Position numbers and translations under genes: made by a program. A model generated the notes under the pieces. It worked only from the letters and a program-made list of their open reading frames with translations, searched no databases and was not told where the DNA came from. Shown piece after piece: positions 11,255 through 23,695 of a DNA stretch of 64,000 bases. This stretch comes from Squalus acanthias. Lineage: Eukaryota. The stretch is taken from contig CM059432.1 in assembly GCA_030390025.1 (NCBI GenBank), positions 123,630,001-123,694,000 on the forward strand, read 5' to 3'. How positions within the stretch are numbered: position 1 is the stretch's first letter; each line of letters begins with the position of its first letter.

Positions 11255-13960
11255 GAAATTGTTGAACTCTATGTTGTGTCCAGAAGGCTGTAAAGTGCCT
11301 CATCGAAAGATGAGGTGCTGTTCCTCGAGCTTACGTTGAGCTTCATTGGAACAGTGTAAGAAGCCGAGGACGGAGAGGCTCAGAGTGGGAGTGGAGCGGA
11401 GAATTAAAGGGACAGGTGACCGGAAGCTCGGGGTCACCCTTACGGACGGAACGGAGGTGTTCCGCAAAGCAGTCACCCAATCTGCGTTTGGTCTCCCAAT
11501 GTAGAGGAGACTGCATCGTGAGCAGCGAATACAGTATACTAAATTGCAAGAAGTACAAGTAAATCGCTGTTTCACCTGGAAGGAGTGTTTGGGGCCCTGG
11601 ACAGTGGGAAGGGAGGAGGTAAAAGGGCATGTGTTGCATCTCCTGCGCTTGCACGGGAAGGTGCCAGGCGAAGGGGAAGGGGTGTTGGGGGTGGTAGAGG
11701 AGTGGACCAGGGTGTCGCGGAGGGAGCAGTCCCTTCAGAATGCTGAAAGGGGACGTGAGGGAAAGATGTGTTTGGTGGTGGGATCACGCTGGAGGTGGCG
11801 GAAATGACGGAGGATGATCCGTTGAATGTGGAGGCTGGTGGGGTGAAAGGTGAGGACAAGGGGAACCTTATCGTGGTTCCGGGAGGGAGGGGAAGGGGTG
11901 AGAGCAGAAGTGCGGGAAATAGAACGGACATGGTCAAGGGCCATGTCAACCACAGTAGAGGGGAATCCTCGGTTGAGGAAAAAGGAAGACATGTCGGAAG
12001 CACTAGTATGAAAGCTGGCATCGTTAGAACAGATGTGATGGAGACGGAGAAACTGGGAGAATGGAATTGAGTCCTTACAGGAAGCGGGGTAGGAGGAAGT
12101 GTAGTCCAGGTAGCTGTGGGAGTCAGTGGGCTTATAGTGAATGTTTGTCAATAGCCTATCCCCAGAGATGGAGACAGAGAAGTCGAGGAAGGGAAGGGAA
12201 GAGTCGGAGATGGACCATGTGAAGGTGAGGGAAGGGTGGAAATTGGAAGCAAAGTGAATGAAATTTTCTAGTTCATGGCGAGAGCAGGAAACGGCACCGA
12301 TACAGTCATACCGGAAAAAGACGTGAGGGAGGGGACCTGAGTAGGACTGGAAGAAAGAATGTTCCACATATCCCACGAAAAGGCAGGCACAGCTAGGACC
12401 CATGCGGGTTCCCATAGCAACACCTTTAATTTGGAGGAAGTGAGTGGAGTCAAAGGAGAAGTTGTTCAATGTGAGAACAAGTTCAGCCAGGCGGAGGAGG
12501 GTGATGGTCCAAGGGGACTGGTTGGGCCTCTGTTCAAGGAAGAAGCGGAGCGCCCTCAGGTCATCCTGGTGGGGGATGGAGGTGTAGAGGATATTGGACA
12601 TCCATAGTGAAAAGGAGACGGTTGAGGCCAGGAAACTGGAAACTGTTAAAGTGGCGGAGGGCGTCGGAACAGTTGCGGATGTAGGTGGGAAGAGACTGGA
12701 CAAGGGGAGAAAAAATAGAGTCGAGATAGGAAGAGATAAGTTCCGTGGGGCAAGAACAGGCTGAAACGATGGGTCTACCAGGACAGTCCTGTTTGTGGAT
12801 CTTGGGAAGGAGGTAGAAGCGGGCTGTGCGGGGTTGGGGAACTATGAGGTTGGCTGCCGTGGAGGGAAGATCTCCAGAGGAGATGAGGTCAGTGACAGTC
12901 TTGGAAACGGTGGCTTGATGTTCGGTAGTGGGGTCATGGTCCAGGGGGAGGTAGGAGGAGGTGTCAGAGAGTTGGCGTTCAGCTTCCGCATGGTAGAGGT
13001 CAGTTCGCCAAACAACAACAGCACCACCCTTGTCAGCAGGTTTAATGACAATGTTGGGGTTGGATCGGAGAGAATGGAGTGCTGCAAGTTCAGAGGGAGG
13101 TAGGTTGGAGTGAGCGAGGGGAGCAGAGAAATTGAGACGGCTGATGTCACGCCGGCAGTTTGCAATAAAAGGATCTAGAGAGGTTATGAAGCCAGAGGGA
13201 GGGGTCCAGGTAGAACGAGAATTCTGAAAGCGGGAGAAAGGGTCAGCTGTGCAGGGGGGAAGACTCCTGGCCAAAGAAGTGGGCACGGAGACGAAGGCGA
13301 CGGAAAAAGAGCTCAGCATCGTGCCGAGCTCGAAATTCATTGAATAGGGGTGTAAGGGGATGAAGCTCAGGCCTTTGCTGAGGACTGATCTTTCGGGGTC
13401 AGAGAGGGGAAGGTCAGAGGGGATAGTGAAAACACGGCAGGGGTGAGTTTGGAAGAAGGGATGGGGTCAGAGGAAAGTGAAGAGGAAGAAGGTTCCGGAG
13501 GGGCGTTGGTGTCCAAGAGTTGTTGAAGCTTACAATCCTTGACACCTGAAAGGAAGAAAAAAAGTTTTTTATTAAAGCGCCGGATGAGGCGAAGGATGAA
13601 ATGGAACTGCGGACCAGGACAGCTTTGAGACAGAGTGAGTCGGTGCTGCTGAAGAGAGAGGTCGAGAGTGTTCATGTGGCGGCGCAAGGCATTGAGCGTG
13701 GATCTCAGGATACGGCGAGAGCAGTGGTTCGAGGAACGCTGAATATCTCAGAGATATCTGTAGTCCTGGGTGGATCCAAAACATGAAGGGTGGAATTTCA
13801 GTTGGAATCCACGTGGAGTAAGTCGGAGCCGGAGACAGTTGCTGAGGAAAGAGATGTGGCTGTGAAAGCAAGCTTTGGTAGATACCTGATCAAACATGAG
13901 AAGGGAAACAGAAAGCAATGACTATGAACAAGGTAAAAGAGACAAACGCAAATCCCGTCG
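11255..13960 (-). pseudogene. Penelope RT plus GIY-YIG endonuclease ORF, frameshifted
   Basis: Broken across ORFs 13367-13687, 12561-13340, 11735-12703 and 11300-11575; the expected catalytic RYIDD reads RYD. Ends approximate. Confidence 0.9.
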
Positions 13961-14503
13961 GAGAGAAGAGCAGAACTTCTTCAAGGTGGGCGTTCCTAGA
14001 GAAGTGGCAGTGAATTAAACACTAATACTAAAGCAAAATAATGCTGGAAATCTCAAGGAAGTGCTTGAAATCCTCAGCAGGTCAGGCAGCATCTGTGGAG
14101 AGAGAAACAGAGTTAACGTTTCAGGTCACAAAATATATCGACAGTCGATGCGCTGGCAGTTCTTCATTGGAGGATCAATGAACAGGTTCAGATGAGGCTC
14201 AGGGTGCGTGTTGCGGGTGGGAGGCGGGGAGGGGGTGTGTGGGTAGAAGGAGTCATTTAAGAGAAGTGTGGGTCGATGAGTTTCTGGAATAAAGCTCTGG
14301 CTGCAGGCTGATGCTGCAGACCTCCCGTTGCTGTTGCACCTCCTGTTCATCAACTCCCTCCTCCTCCTGGTGGTGGATGGTCCTCTTCATCCGTTGTCTG
14401 CACTTGTGGGAATCCCGCAGTGGCTGCGAATCCCACAGCCCTTTCCTGCTGGCTTCTGGGCTTCATGGGGAATGTGACAAAAGCATTCGCCCTGGAAAAC
14501 AAG

Positions 14504-15198
14504 GGCCCTGATATTTACGGGGAGGTGGGGAAGGCGAAAACGGCCGGGGAACACGGAAGTCGTGCTGAATATAACGGCAGGATCTCATGATAATTTTTTC
14601 TGCCATTTCCCACCCAGCAGCCGAAAAAAACGGATAGGTTTACCAGCTGCCGGGCTGGAAAAAAGCAGTGGCAGGAGGCTGCGGCTGGGGACCCTTTGGG
14701 ACGTCCCCCATCAATCGGGAAGGGGGAGGGCCGAATATTGGGGCCGGAGGGAGGGTGGTCGGCGATCGTGGCAGGGGACAGAGAGAGGCCGCGATCAGCA
14801 GAGGGAAGGTCGAAGGCTTCGTTGAGGGGCCGGGGGTGGGTGGGGGGCAGGGGGGAGCACTCTTGCTAACCTGACCCACAAGGAGTGCTGTAAAAGGCAC
14901 TTACCTTCTTGAGCCAGCAGCTCCCACCTCGTTTTCACTGCCGGGTTTCCCGAGCCCTGGGAAACCCCGCGCGGCAACTGTTAAATTTTATTGAGGCTCT
15001 CAATTGCACTGTGGGAGCCTGATAGAAATATGTTAATGAAGTGTCCCACCTCTCCACAGCGGGACACTCGGGCATGAAACCCGCCGCTGTAAAAATGGCA
15101 ACAGGTGCATGCGCAGCGGGCTGGGGACGCGTTCCCTTTTTAAATCTCCCCCCCTCATCCTTTCCCGCGCATTGTTGGGAGGGGTTAATATCGAGTCC
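14504..15198. mobile_element. Harbinger-type MITE
   Basis: GGCCCTGATATT ... AATATCGAGTCC, flanks AAG/CAG, GC-rich interior. Confidence 0.65.
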
Positions 15199-15321
15199 CA
15201 GGTGTCAGCGCTGGAGCATCATCACTTCCATGCAGGTGACCTGAGCTCAGAAATACAATGCACTTTGGGTGTGCTAGCACCTGACTTGCACTCAGAACCC
15301 CATACCAGGGGGAGGGAAATT

Positions 15322-15888
15322 GGTGGATGGGTGGATGGATGGATGGAGGAATGAATGGATGGAGGGATGGATGGAGAGATGGATGGGTGGATGAGTGGGT
15401 GGATGAGTGGGTGGGTGGGGCTGGAGGGAAGGAGGGAGGGACGGGGTTATGGATGGATGGAGGGATGGATGGGTGGCTGAGTGGGTGGATAGGGAATGGA
15501 GGGAGGGAGGGAGGGAGGTATGGATGGATGGGTGGATGGAGGGATGGATGGGTCGAGGAATGAATGGATGGAGGGATGGATGGAGAGATGGATGGAGGAA
15601 TGGATGGGTGGATGAGTGGGTGGGTGGGGCTGGAGGGAGAGATGGAGGTATGGATGGAAGGAGGGATGGATCGGTGGCTGAGTAGGTAGATAGGGAATGG
15701 AGGGAGGGAGTTATGGATGGATGGGTGGATGGATGGATGGATGGGTGTATGAGTGGGTGGGTGGGGCTGGAGGGAGGGAGGGAGGGAGGGATGGATGGAT
15801 GGAGGGTGGAGGGATGAGTGGGTGGGTCGGTAGGTGGAGGATGGAGGGAGAGTGGGAGGGAGGGAGGGGGGCAGCGATGGGTGGATGA
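15322..15888 (+). repeat. Purine-rich (GGAT/GGAG/GGGT)n compound microsatellite
   Basis: Direct inspection; an internal block of about 208 bp is duplicated. Confidence 0.95.
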
Positions 15889-16358
15889 ATAACACAGATG
15901 GGTCTATTTTGATAAATCCTAACTTCAGTAAAGCTAGATGATATTCTGGGCAACAGCATTAGGCACTTTTTTTTGTCTCTGTTCATATGTAAGTGCCATT
16001 CATGGACAAAGCCAGAAGACATCACAAGGCTTCAAGTGATGACAACATATTGCTGATACGGTTTCCAGAGAATTAGATGTTATTAATCCCATAGCTCTTG
16101 GGAGATACACAGGAGATTTTTAAAAATCAGAATTCGGCACCAATTCAAGACTGGTTCAAAACTGTCAACTAAATTATAAATTAAAACTTTGCAACCTGGA
16201 TTTTGACATCATTGAAACATCTGAAAGCATTTCATACTATAACTAACTGTTGAGGTGCAGTGACTCCTGTTATGTAACCAAACTCGGGAGCAATTCTGCT
16301 CCAGCAACATCCCACAACCAACAGTGAGATTAATGACAACTTAAGATGACCATTTAAG

Positions 16359-16544
16359 GGGGTAGAAATTTGTCTTGGGCGGTAACGATAAATGGGTGGC
16401 ATCACATCGACTGCCTGTTACATGCCCTGCTTGATATTCGGTTCTATTGAAGGCAATGGAACGGGATATCTGGTGGGAAGGATAACAGGCAGCTGATTCG
16501 ATACCGCCTGTCTTAAGCTACTGCCCAAGATGGATTTCTACCCC
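16359..16544. mobile_element. Short palindromic Harbinger-type MITE
   Basis: TIR GGGGTAGAAAT / ATTTCTACCCC, TSD AAG; the arms stay loosely complementary towards the centre. Confidence 0.8.
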
Positions 16545-16662
16545 AAGATTTAATAAATGAACAGGCTAGGAAAGTGAATATTCCTCTCTTGTCAATCAGA
16601 TCACGCTGGCTGACAAATTGGGCATCTTTAGTATATTCAGCAACCCAGACGTGAACGTGTTT

Positions 16663-17726
16663 GGGGGTTATTTTGGTGAGGTGGTGAAAACAGGCACCAA
16701 GTGGGTGCTGTGCTCATAACGCTTGTTTGAAAGTCAGGTTTCAGCCCGCTATTTTGGGGCTAATTGATAATTACCATGATTTAAACGTGCCTGGAGGCAC
16801 TAAAACAGACGGCTGCAGGTGTAACACTCAAGCACTGGTTAGAAGAAATTTTCCTGGAGCAGTTATATGTAGCCTTCACGCACACACTTCCACTGAAGGT
16901 GTGGAGTGCGCTGGCTGACAGATAATGGGACATTCCAGGATGGCTCAGGGACCGAGGATGAGGCGCACATGTTCTCGGACGCAGCCCTTGAGGTCCTGGT
17001 GGAGGTGGTCCAGAGGAGGAGGGATGTCCTGTACCCACAGTGGGAGAAAGAGCTCACCTCGCCCTCCTCGTCCTCCTCTCCCTCTCTCCTGCAGCAGCTG
17101 GTGCTGCTCTGCCTGGCCTCATCTCCTCCTCCCATTCCTCCTGCAGACCAAGGAGGACCCCTAGCAAGATCCCCATGACCAAGCATTCCTTTTCTCCTGG
17201 TGACTCCTACAAGATGTCCAATAAGGTAGAGTGGCACAGCACTCACTTTCTTTAGAGCCCTCAGAGAATTTCCTGGAAAAATATTGCTAGAGCATTGGTG
17301 AAGTCTTGACAAAGTTCCCCAGAAAGTCTCCTGATGTGTCTCAAAAGTCCTCTTCAAACGCAGTGTAGTCAGTCGATCTCCAGCACCAAGTGAACAGTGA
17401 AAGCTGAGCATGGCTGTAAGTAGTGCTCGAAATCCTCAGCAACGACTTTGTTACTCTTGTTCAGCTGGTCGCTGTTAGGAGAGGTCGTTAATTGAAGCGC
17501 TCAGCACCAAAATGGCGTGCAGCCTCTTTAATGAGTGCTAGCAGGCAATTTAATTTTTAATCGTGGCCTTAACCATCCTCGGGGTGGCCGTTCCTAGTGC
17601 GCACTTCAATTCCTTTACCAAGATGGCGTCCTGCGATAAAGGCGGGCTAAACCAGTGTTGCAGCTCAAGACTCCATCTTGGCCACCTCGCAGGCAGCGCC
17701 TAAAGTATACGGGGAAAATCGCCCCC
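16663..17726 (+). mobile_element. Internally deleted Harbinger element with a Myb/SANT-like remnant
   Basis: TIR GGGGGTTATTTT / AAAATCGCCCCC, TSD TTT; encodes AHMFSDAALEVLVEVVQRRRDVLYP (about 16962-17037), typical of the start of the Myb/SANT-like domain. Confidence 0.75.
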
Positions 17727-18104
17727 TTTAAGTTTACAGCATATTGCACCACAACTCTAACAGAAATACATTTTGTACAGTCCTGTACTTGACTGGTACT
17801 TGAAACACGCACACTTCTTATCCCTCAAATTATCCCTGTGACCTTCATCTTTGTATTCAGTAAAATAATCATTCTTGATTTGTTGTTTTGTGATTTCGTC
17901 TTCACAAAGCTAAAGGCCAATGTGCTCAGCATTCTTCTTTCTTATGGAGCTAACTCCAAGCGTCCATTACTCATTTGTGTCTTGAGTTAGCCTGTTTCTT
18001 TCCTTGAACTCAGCCTGCAGTGCTTTAGTTATCATGTGACCATAGCTCTTCAGTATTATAGTATGCTCGATGTTCTGCACCACAGATAAATCATACAGAA
18101 ACAT

Positions 18105-19510
18105 GGCCCTGAATTTTCTCGGCGCCAGTTACCCTTTGTTAGGCTCTTGTTGCGCCAGAAATTTATGCCGTTCACCAACAGAAGGAGTTACAGACAATTT
18201 TCCTGGGGTAAGTTAATTTAGATATCTTTGGTGCCGCTCTGGTGTAACCTGATTGTAGAAACAGTGTAAGTTGCACATACATACACACACCCACCAAGAA
18301 ACTTCTGTGCAACAACAGTGTAACTCTTTGAAAGCACTCTACAGGTGCCCAGTAGTAGTAGAACATTGTCCGACAGTGAGTTAAGCAGCTGACAAGTGCT
18401 TTTGCTGGCAATTTCCACCAAATCACATGACAATATCTCTTACCCACTGTATCAGTCCAGATCGGCACTACCATGCCCACTTCGATGCTAGCTGTGCCCA
18501 CTGGGGTCAACGCCAGGGCAGCAGGCAGAAGAAGCACCACGGCTCATCTGATGAAGATCTCCAAGCTCTTCTCCAAGAGGTACAAGGCAGTAGCCTCACA
18601 CTCCTGGGACATCGCTTCACCAAGCTGGACACCAACATCAGTCGTGCCGCCTGCAGGGAGCAGGCACTGGCACTGACTCCCAACTCCCTCACACCCAGGA
18701 CTGATCAACAGTGCAGAAAGAAGTGAAGACACTTCACGAGGGCAGGCAAGGGTAGCATGTCACCACACTCTCCCTTTCCTCCCTGCCCGCCCTGGGCACC
18801 ACCACACCCATCACTCTCTTAAAGCAACACTCACACTATTAAGCTTTCACACTACACTCTGGGTAAGAGTGCCTTCAGGTCCCTAACACACACCAACTGC
18901 CTTGCACAACTCCTTCCTCCACTCTAACATCCTCACACCCTCACATCTCTCACTTCACCTCTCCCGTCACAATTGCCAGACACTCCTTAACTGACAGCCT
19001 TATCCTCACACATGACCTTCCACCCCCCTTTAGCTTGCAGTAAAAGAAATGCTTGCTTTAAATGCACTGGGCACTTGTCTTGTGGTTTGTTATTTGTGAA
19101 CATTATAGCAAGTCAGATGCACAGCTCCTCGGAGAGGTCTTCACAGGACCAAGGCAGCTTTCACACATGTTGGGGAGGGTCATACTCAGTGGTCTTCTGT
19201 CCTCAGCCTTGCTACCTGATTCTCCTGCTGCTGTACCTCATCCTCCATTATGATGGCATAGAGTGGTGTTCCTATAGGGAAAGCCAAGCCGTGTCGGAAG
19301 TGGATCTACGTGTGGGGGAAGTCGGGGGACTGGAACATAGTAAAGTCTGCATTCCTTATTCAAGCATCTCATTCCAGTGTACACTTCCCATTCACTCTCG
19401 TTATATAGCCCAAACATAACACTTCTTAGCAAATCAACCGTGTACTTTTCAGGATTCAACTGTTCCTGCCACACAATTTACATTAGGCCAGTTGCCAGAC
19501 TGCAGCCTGA
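18105..19510 (+). mobile_element. Decayed Harbinger element with a Myb/SANT-like remnant
   Basis: Left end GGCCCTGAATTTTC; 18544-18723 translates SSDEDLQALLQEV...PRTDQQCRKK. Right boundary uncertain. Confidence 0.55.
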
Positions 19511-19920
19511 GAATTTAAAACAAGATTTGCTGTCGGAGGTTAATAAGGAAGTTTTTTAAAAAATCACTCCTCCCCCCTCCTCTTTTTCTCAATCTTCCAT
19601 ATCCTGGATTTCAGTTTTATAATAAGAAAATCGCCATGGTTACCTTCACCTTTTTATGTGGGTCACTTGTTCATGATAATGACATTGTAGATCACACAGC
19701 TCGCCAGGCCCTCAGCCTGGAAGTGTAACATACAGCAAATGTGTTACCACATTATATCAACAAGGAAGCTTTCCAGAGCTAAAGGCCAGTCAACTTGATA
19801 TGTGCTCAGTGCCACAAAAAAAACTCTGACACTCTTCCAGCATCCAAAATTCATTCAAATAATAGTGTGTTCATTTCATGGTGTCCATTAGAGATTTTAT
19901 TCTCTCATTCAACAGCACAA

Positions 19921-20240
19921 ACAACAACAACAAGAACAACTTGCATTTATATAGCGCCTTTAACGTAGTAAGACGTCCCAAGGCGCTTCACAGGAGTATT
20001 ATAAGACACAAAATTTGACACCGAGCCACATAGGGAGAAATTAGGGCAGGTGACCAAAAGCTTGGTCAAAGAGGTAGGTTTTAAGGAGCATCTTAAAGGA
20101 GGAAAGAGAGGTAGCGAGGCGGAGAGGTTTAGGCAGGGAATTCCAGAGCTTAGGGCCTAGGCAACAGGTGGCATGGCCACCAATGGTTGAGTGATTATAA
20201 CCAGGGATGCTCAAGAGGGCAGAATTAGAGGAGCGCAGAT
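19921..20240 (-). mobile_element. L2-clade LINE 3' end
   Basis: Encodes LRSSNS.LL.IP...GPKLWNSLPKPLRLATSLSSFKMLLKTYLF; 3' UTR ends gcgctatataaatgcaag(ttg)n. Confidence 0.88.
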
Positions 20241-20384
20241 ACAACACAAAACAAAACATAAAAAGATTATAATAGAATGAAGAGACATTTTAAAATACAA
20301 AGTGGTTGTAAATTTACTAGAAGTTCCTGCAAGGAACATGGATTGCATCGACCACATTCGAGACACTGGACAATGGATGCCCCA

Positions 20385-20570
20385 TTATAGTCATTTTACA
20401 CTATTGTACAAAGTCGAAGTCTACCCCACAGTGTATAAAGGGTAATCACTAAATGGTCTGTTGCCCTGTCCCATTTCCTGATTCCTCCGGCCTATGCCAT
20501 TTCCACCAGCGATGTCTACATTGGAAAGTGGAAGCAAGTTAAAAATAACATAGATAGCATTCAGACATCA
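20385..20570 (-). repeat. Dispersed repeat, inverted homolog of 28271-28545
   Basis: Reverse complement shares tgatgtctgaatgctatcta, gaggaatcaggaaat and catttagtgattaccctttatacac plus the same MITE junction. Confidence 0.8.
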
Positions 20571-21158
20571 CCAATCTAGTTGAGTTCAGCTTGTTTTGGG
20601 TTAGTGAGTCCATTGTATTCACAATTCTCAAAACGTGAACAAAAGACAACTGGCATTAATACATCATCTTCGAGAAAGTGTGATAGCTATTTTTTACTTG
20701 CTCACAGACATACACGTAAGGAGTTCAATCTTGTTAAAGCACTTCATTGTGCCCCTTGCATCATCATCATGAAAATGATGCTCATTTTTTTTCTGGCTTT
20801 TCTCATTTCCCAAACAAAGATAAATCCCCAATACTTCTATATCAAGTAGTCAATCTTTAACACATAACTGATTCAGATAAAAGCTGACAATTCCCTCATG
20901 CTGATACTGTATGGCTTGTGTGTGCCTCAGTGTCAACATCCGTACGTGTGCTGTAAACTGAGTACACTGTAGGCCTGTCATGGCAGATAAGTTAACATCT
21001 GAGAGCAGGACAAGCCTTGCTGCAGTGATAGGTCTAGTATATCTCAGATGGGGACAGTTGTATAGATGGCATACATCTCTTGTACAAATGGTGTATGTAT
21101 CCTGTAGAAATGGAGAACAGGTCTTGTATGACGTGTGTACTTCACGTGTGCTAGTGAC

Positions 21159-21811
21159 CAGTTTTACTCTCGTTTAAACGGCACCTTAAATATCCGGAAT
21201 TCTCTAATAACCGGCAAAATTCATACTCCGAAAACAACACCTCAATAACCGGAAATGTTGCCGAGTCCGAGTCTCCCGCGGTGGCCGAGTTAGTCAGTGG
21301 GGGCTAGTGGAGGCCGTCAAACGCCTGCAGAGTGCGCAGAATCCCTCCCCTTTAACGGAAGGGGAGAGGCGATGAAACGCGTCAGCGCTATGTGGAGCGG
21401 CCGCGTAGCGCTCCGGCGCTGCTGCGCTTTGCGCTCCAGACACCGCCCCGAGAGGAAGTGGACCGACCGAGATAGCACTCCGCTTCCTCGCCGGGGCGGT
21501 AAGCCCAATTTAGCGGCCGGGGCGGTACTCCCGCGCCGGACGCTAACTGGCTGGCGCTAATTCGGTTACCGCTCCCAAACGGGGCAAAACCCTCAACTGG
21601 CAGTACTGTACTTAATCAAGCATCTTCCACCATCCATTTAACACAACATTCTGTAGGTGAGTACCCAAATACTGTATACTGCACATTTCTTTATTTTTTT
21701 ATTTTTGTTTGTTAAAAATAGCATCGGTAGATAACCCTCTCCGTCATCCGGAATTTTTATTCAACCGGCACCACGCCGGTCCCGTCAGTGCCGATACCAA
21801 AGAGTTTCCTG
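21159..21811. mobile_element. Probable Tc1/mariner (Tigger/pogo-like) MITE
   Basis: Ends CAGTTTTACTCTCG..CGGCAC and (reverse complement) CAGGAAACTCT..CGGCAC, with subterminal ATCCGGAATT/AACCGGCA motifs; TA on the right flank only. Confidence 0.5.
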
Positions 21812-21880
21812 TACTATTAAACCAAAGGATTAATACACTAATTTCCATAAATGCTCACACACAAAATTTTATGGCCCAGA

Positions 21881-22006
21881 TTTTTTTTTTTAATTTGTTT
21901 ATGGGATGTGGGTGTCGCTGACAAGGCCAGTATTTATTGCCCATCCCTAATTGCCCTTGAGAAGGTGGTGGTGAGCCGCCTTCTTAAACCGCTGCAGTCC
22001 GTGTGG
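21881..22006 (-). mobile_element. CR1/L2-group LINE 3' end inserted in the Harbinger left end
   Basis: Reverse complement of the 30670-30790 end (gggcaattagggatgggcaataaat..ggccttg) with an A-rich tail. Confidence 0.85.
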
Positions 22007-22285
22007 TATTTTGCTGAAAAAATAACTGCATTTCAACGACGCAGGCCGTTATTAATGTGCAAATTGGCCAGCGACTATGGTGAAGAAGAGAGACCCCGTG
22101 AATTGCGAATCACAAGTTGCTGGATGATTTACAAGGCTCCACTGTTAGCTTCATGAAAAAGGCATCTCACCCTTAACCTCCCTGTGAGTTTCATGAAGTT
22201 GCTGCATTTGCATATTAGTTGTCCATTAAACTCGCTACAGAAAGTTAAGTCTAGTAATTAACAGTGTAAGTACCCTTTTAACATC

Positions 22286-23362
22286 GTGATAATTGTTAAT
22301 GACTGGAAATCAACCTCTCCAGCTGGAGCCCCACTGCCTGTGTCTCCCGAAGGTGCTAGGTCCGATAATGGGGCGACACGGTCGCTGGAGAGGAGCCTAG
22401 TAGATGGGTCTGATGTGGGTGAAGCTCCGGGACCCTGTGGGCTGCTGCAACACCATGGGGGAAGGGAAGCTTGGGGGCCATCTCCCCGGAGGGTGAGTGC
22501 GTGCATGAGTTCTGCTGCACAGGACTCAGATGAGGACGTTGATGTGGAGGCGATGACCACACGGGTGATGCGCATGCACACTGAGCTCATGGGTGCAATG
22601 GCAAGGGTGCCCGAGAGCATGGATGCACTGGCAAGGAGCGTGGAGAAGTCCGCCTCCAACATTATACTCAGCTCTGCTCACGCCATCGAGCCCATCCTTG
22701 GCAGTTTGCGAAGGATGGTCGACTCGCAGGGAGACCGTGGAGACCCAGACCTCATGCCGTGTGTCATGGGTGAGGTGGCAGCAGCTATTGCAGCACAGGC
22801 TGAAGCAACGCAACGGCTTAGTGCTGTAATGGAGTCAGTGATTGCTGGCATCCAGTCTCAGACTGCGCTCATGCAGTCTCAGATTGATGCCACGCAAGCA
22901 CTGACTGCTGCCATCCTCGGTGGGTCGCACACAGTCCACCGGGGATCTCACGGTGCCGCAGCAGGTCAGAAATCTGTGCTCGAGCAGTTTGCTCCGGATG
23001 CTGTGGTTCTGCCCCGGGGGAGTGGCAGTGTGTCGGTCGAGCAGGTAGGTGCTGTCCTCTCTCAGGATTTCAGCATTCCTGCTCTCACCACTGCCACTCC
23101 GCCATTGCACTTGCCGCAGCCTGTAACCCAGCCATCCCAGACTGCTGCTGCCCATGCAGAGTTGGTGCAGTCTGCAGCCAGGCCTTCCAGGCTCAGAGCT
23201 GGCCGAGGGCATCCTGCAAGGCCATCTGCAGTCTCTGGCTCCCAGACTCAGCAGCCTTCCACCAGCCTTGCTGCAGCCACTGGGGCCACATTACGGAGGA
23301 GCAGTAGGGTTGGGAGGGGGGAACTCAAAAGGGGAGGGAAATCATTGAAGAAGGGGGAGTAA
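22286..23362 (+). CDS. Harbinger ORF2 (Myb/SANT-partner protein) C-terminal exon, 358 open codons, no Myb domain; expression unsupported
   Basis: Convergent with the transposase; Ala/Ser/Gln-rich helical middle and basic tail; GTG start lies in foreign MITE sequence; AATAAA at 23399 and 23456. Confidence 0.5.
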   Translation: MIIVNDWKSTSPAGAPLPVSPEGARSDNGATRSLERSLVDGSDVGEAPGPCGLLQHHGGREAWGPSPRRVSACMSSAAQDSDEDVDVEAMTTRVMRMHTELMGAMARVPESMDALARSVEKSASNIILSSAHAIEPILGSLRRMVDSQGDRGDPDLMPCVMGEVAAAIAAQAEATQRLSAVMESVIAGIQSQTALMQSQIDATQALTAAILGGSHTVHRGSHGAAAGQKSVLEQFAPDAVVLPRGSGSVSVEQVGAVLSQDFSIPALTTATPPLHLPQPVTQPSQTAAAHAELVQSAARPSRLRAGRGHPARPSAVSGSQTQQPSTSLAAATGATLRRSSRVGRGELKRGGKSLKKGE

Positions 23363-23695
23363 AGAATACTTGAGTAGCAAATGGGGGTAGTGTGTGTTAA
23401 TAAATTGATGTGTTTGTAAATATATTGTGTTTGTGAACAAATAGTTATGCTTGTAAATAAATATTTGTGTTTGGTAACAAATAGTTCAGTTTGATAGAAA
23501 GAGTTGTGTTTGTTGATAAATGGTTGTGTTTGTTTATGAATAGTATGTTTCATAAGAGAGAGTTGTGTTCGTAAATTGTTAGTTTGACGTTGCACATTTT
23601 GTGATGTTTCTCATTTGACCTTTGCCTGGTGGTAGGGGCTGTGACCTGGATGTAATGATGTGGTTGTGCTGCGCAATCGCCATGTGCTATATCAT

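Larger units (their letters stand above)
10869..14128 (-). mobile_element. Near full-length Penelope-like retroelement (Neptune type), inactivated
   Basis: RT motifs IKPADKGGAVV, FYLLPKIHK..PGRPIVS, GVAMGTRMGP and LPFLD; CKRRRCNTC linker; GIY-YIG region NLVYCIRCSRCSLLYIG-ETKRRL..FAEH; partial 3'-end copy upstream (about 14030-14128); 10-bp TSD CAAAATATAT. Confidence 0.95.

Noticed and set aside
11255..13960. Telomerase or an active retroelement RT
   Set aside because: GIY-YIG domain and pLTR identify a Penelope-like element, and the ORF is disrupted.
15185..15895. 236-aa Pro/Ser/His ORF and overlapping Gly/Trp ORFs
   Set aside because: Translation of the GGAT microsatellite.
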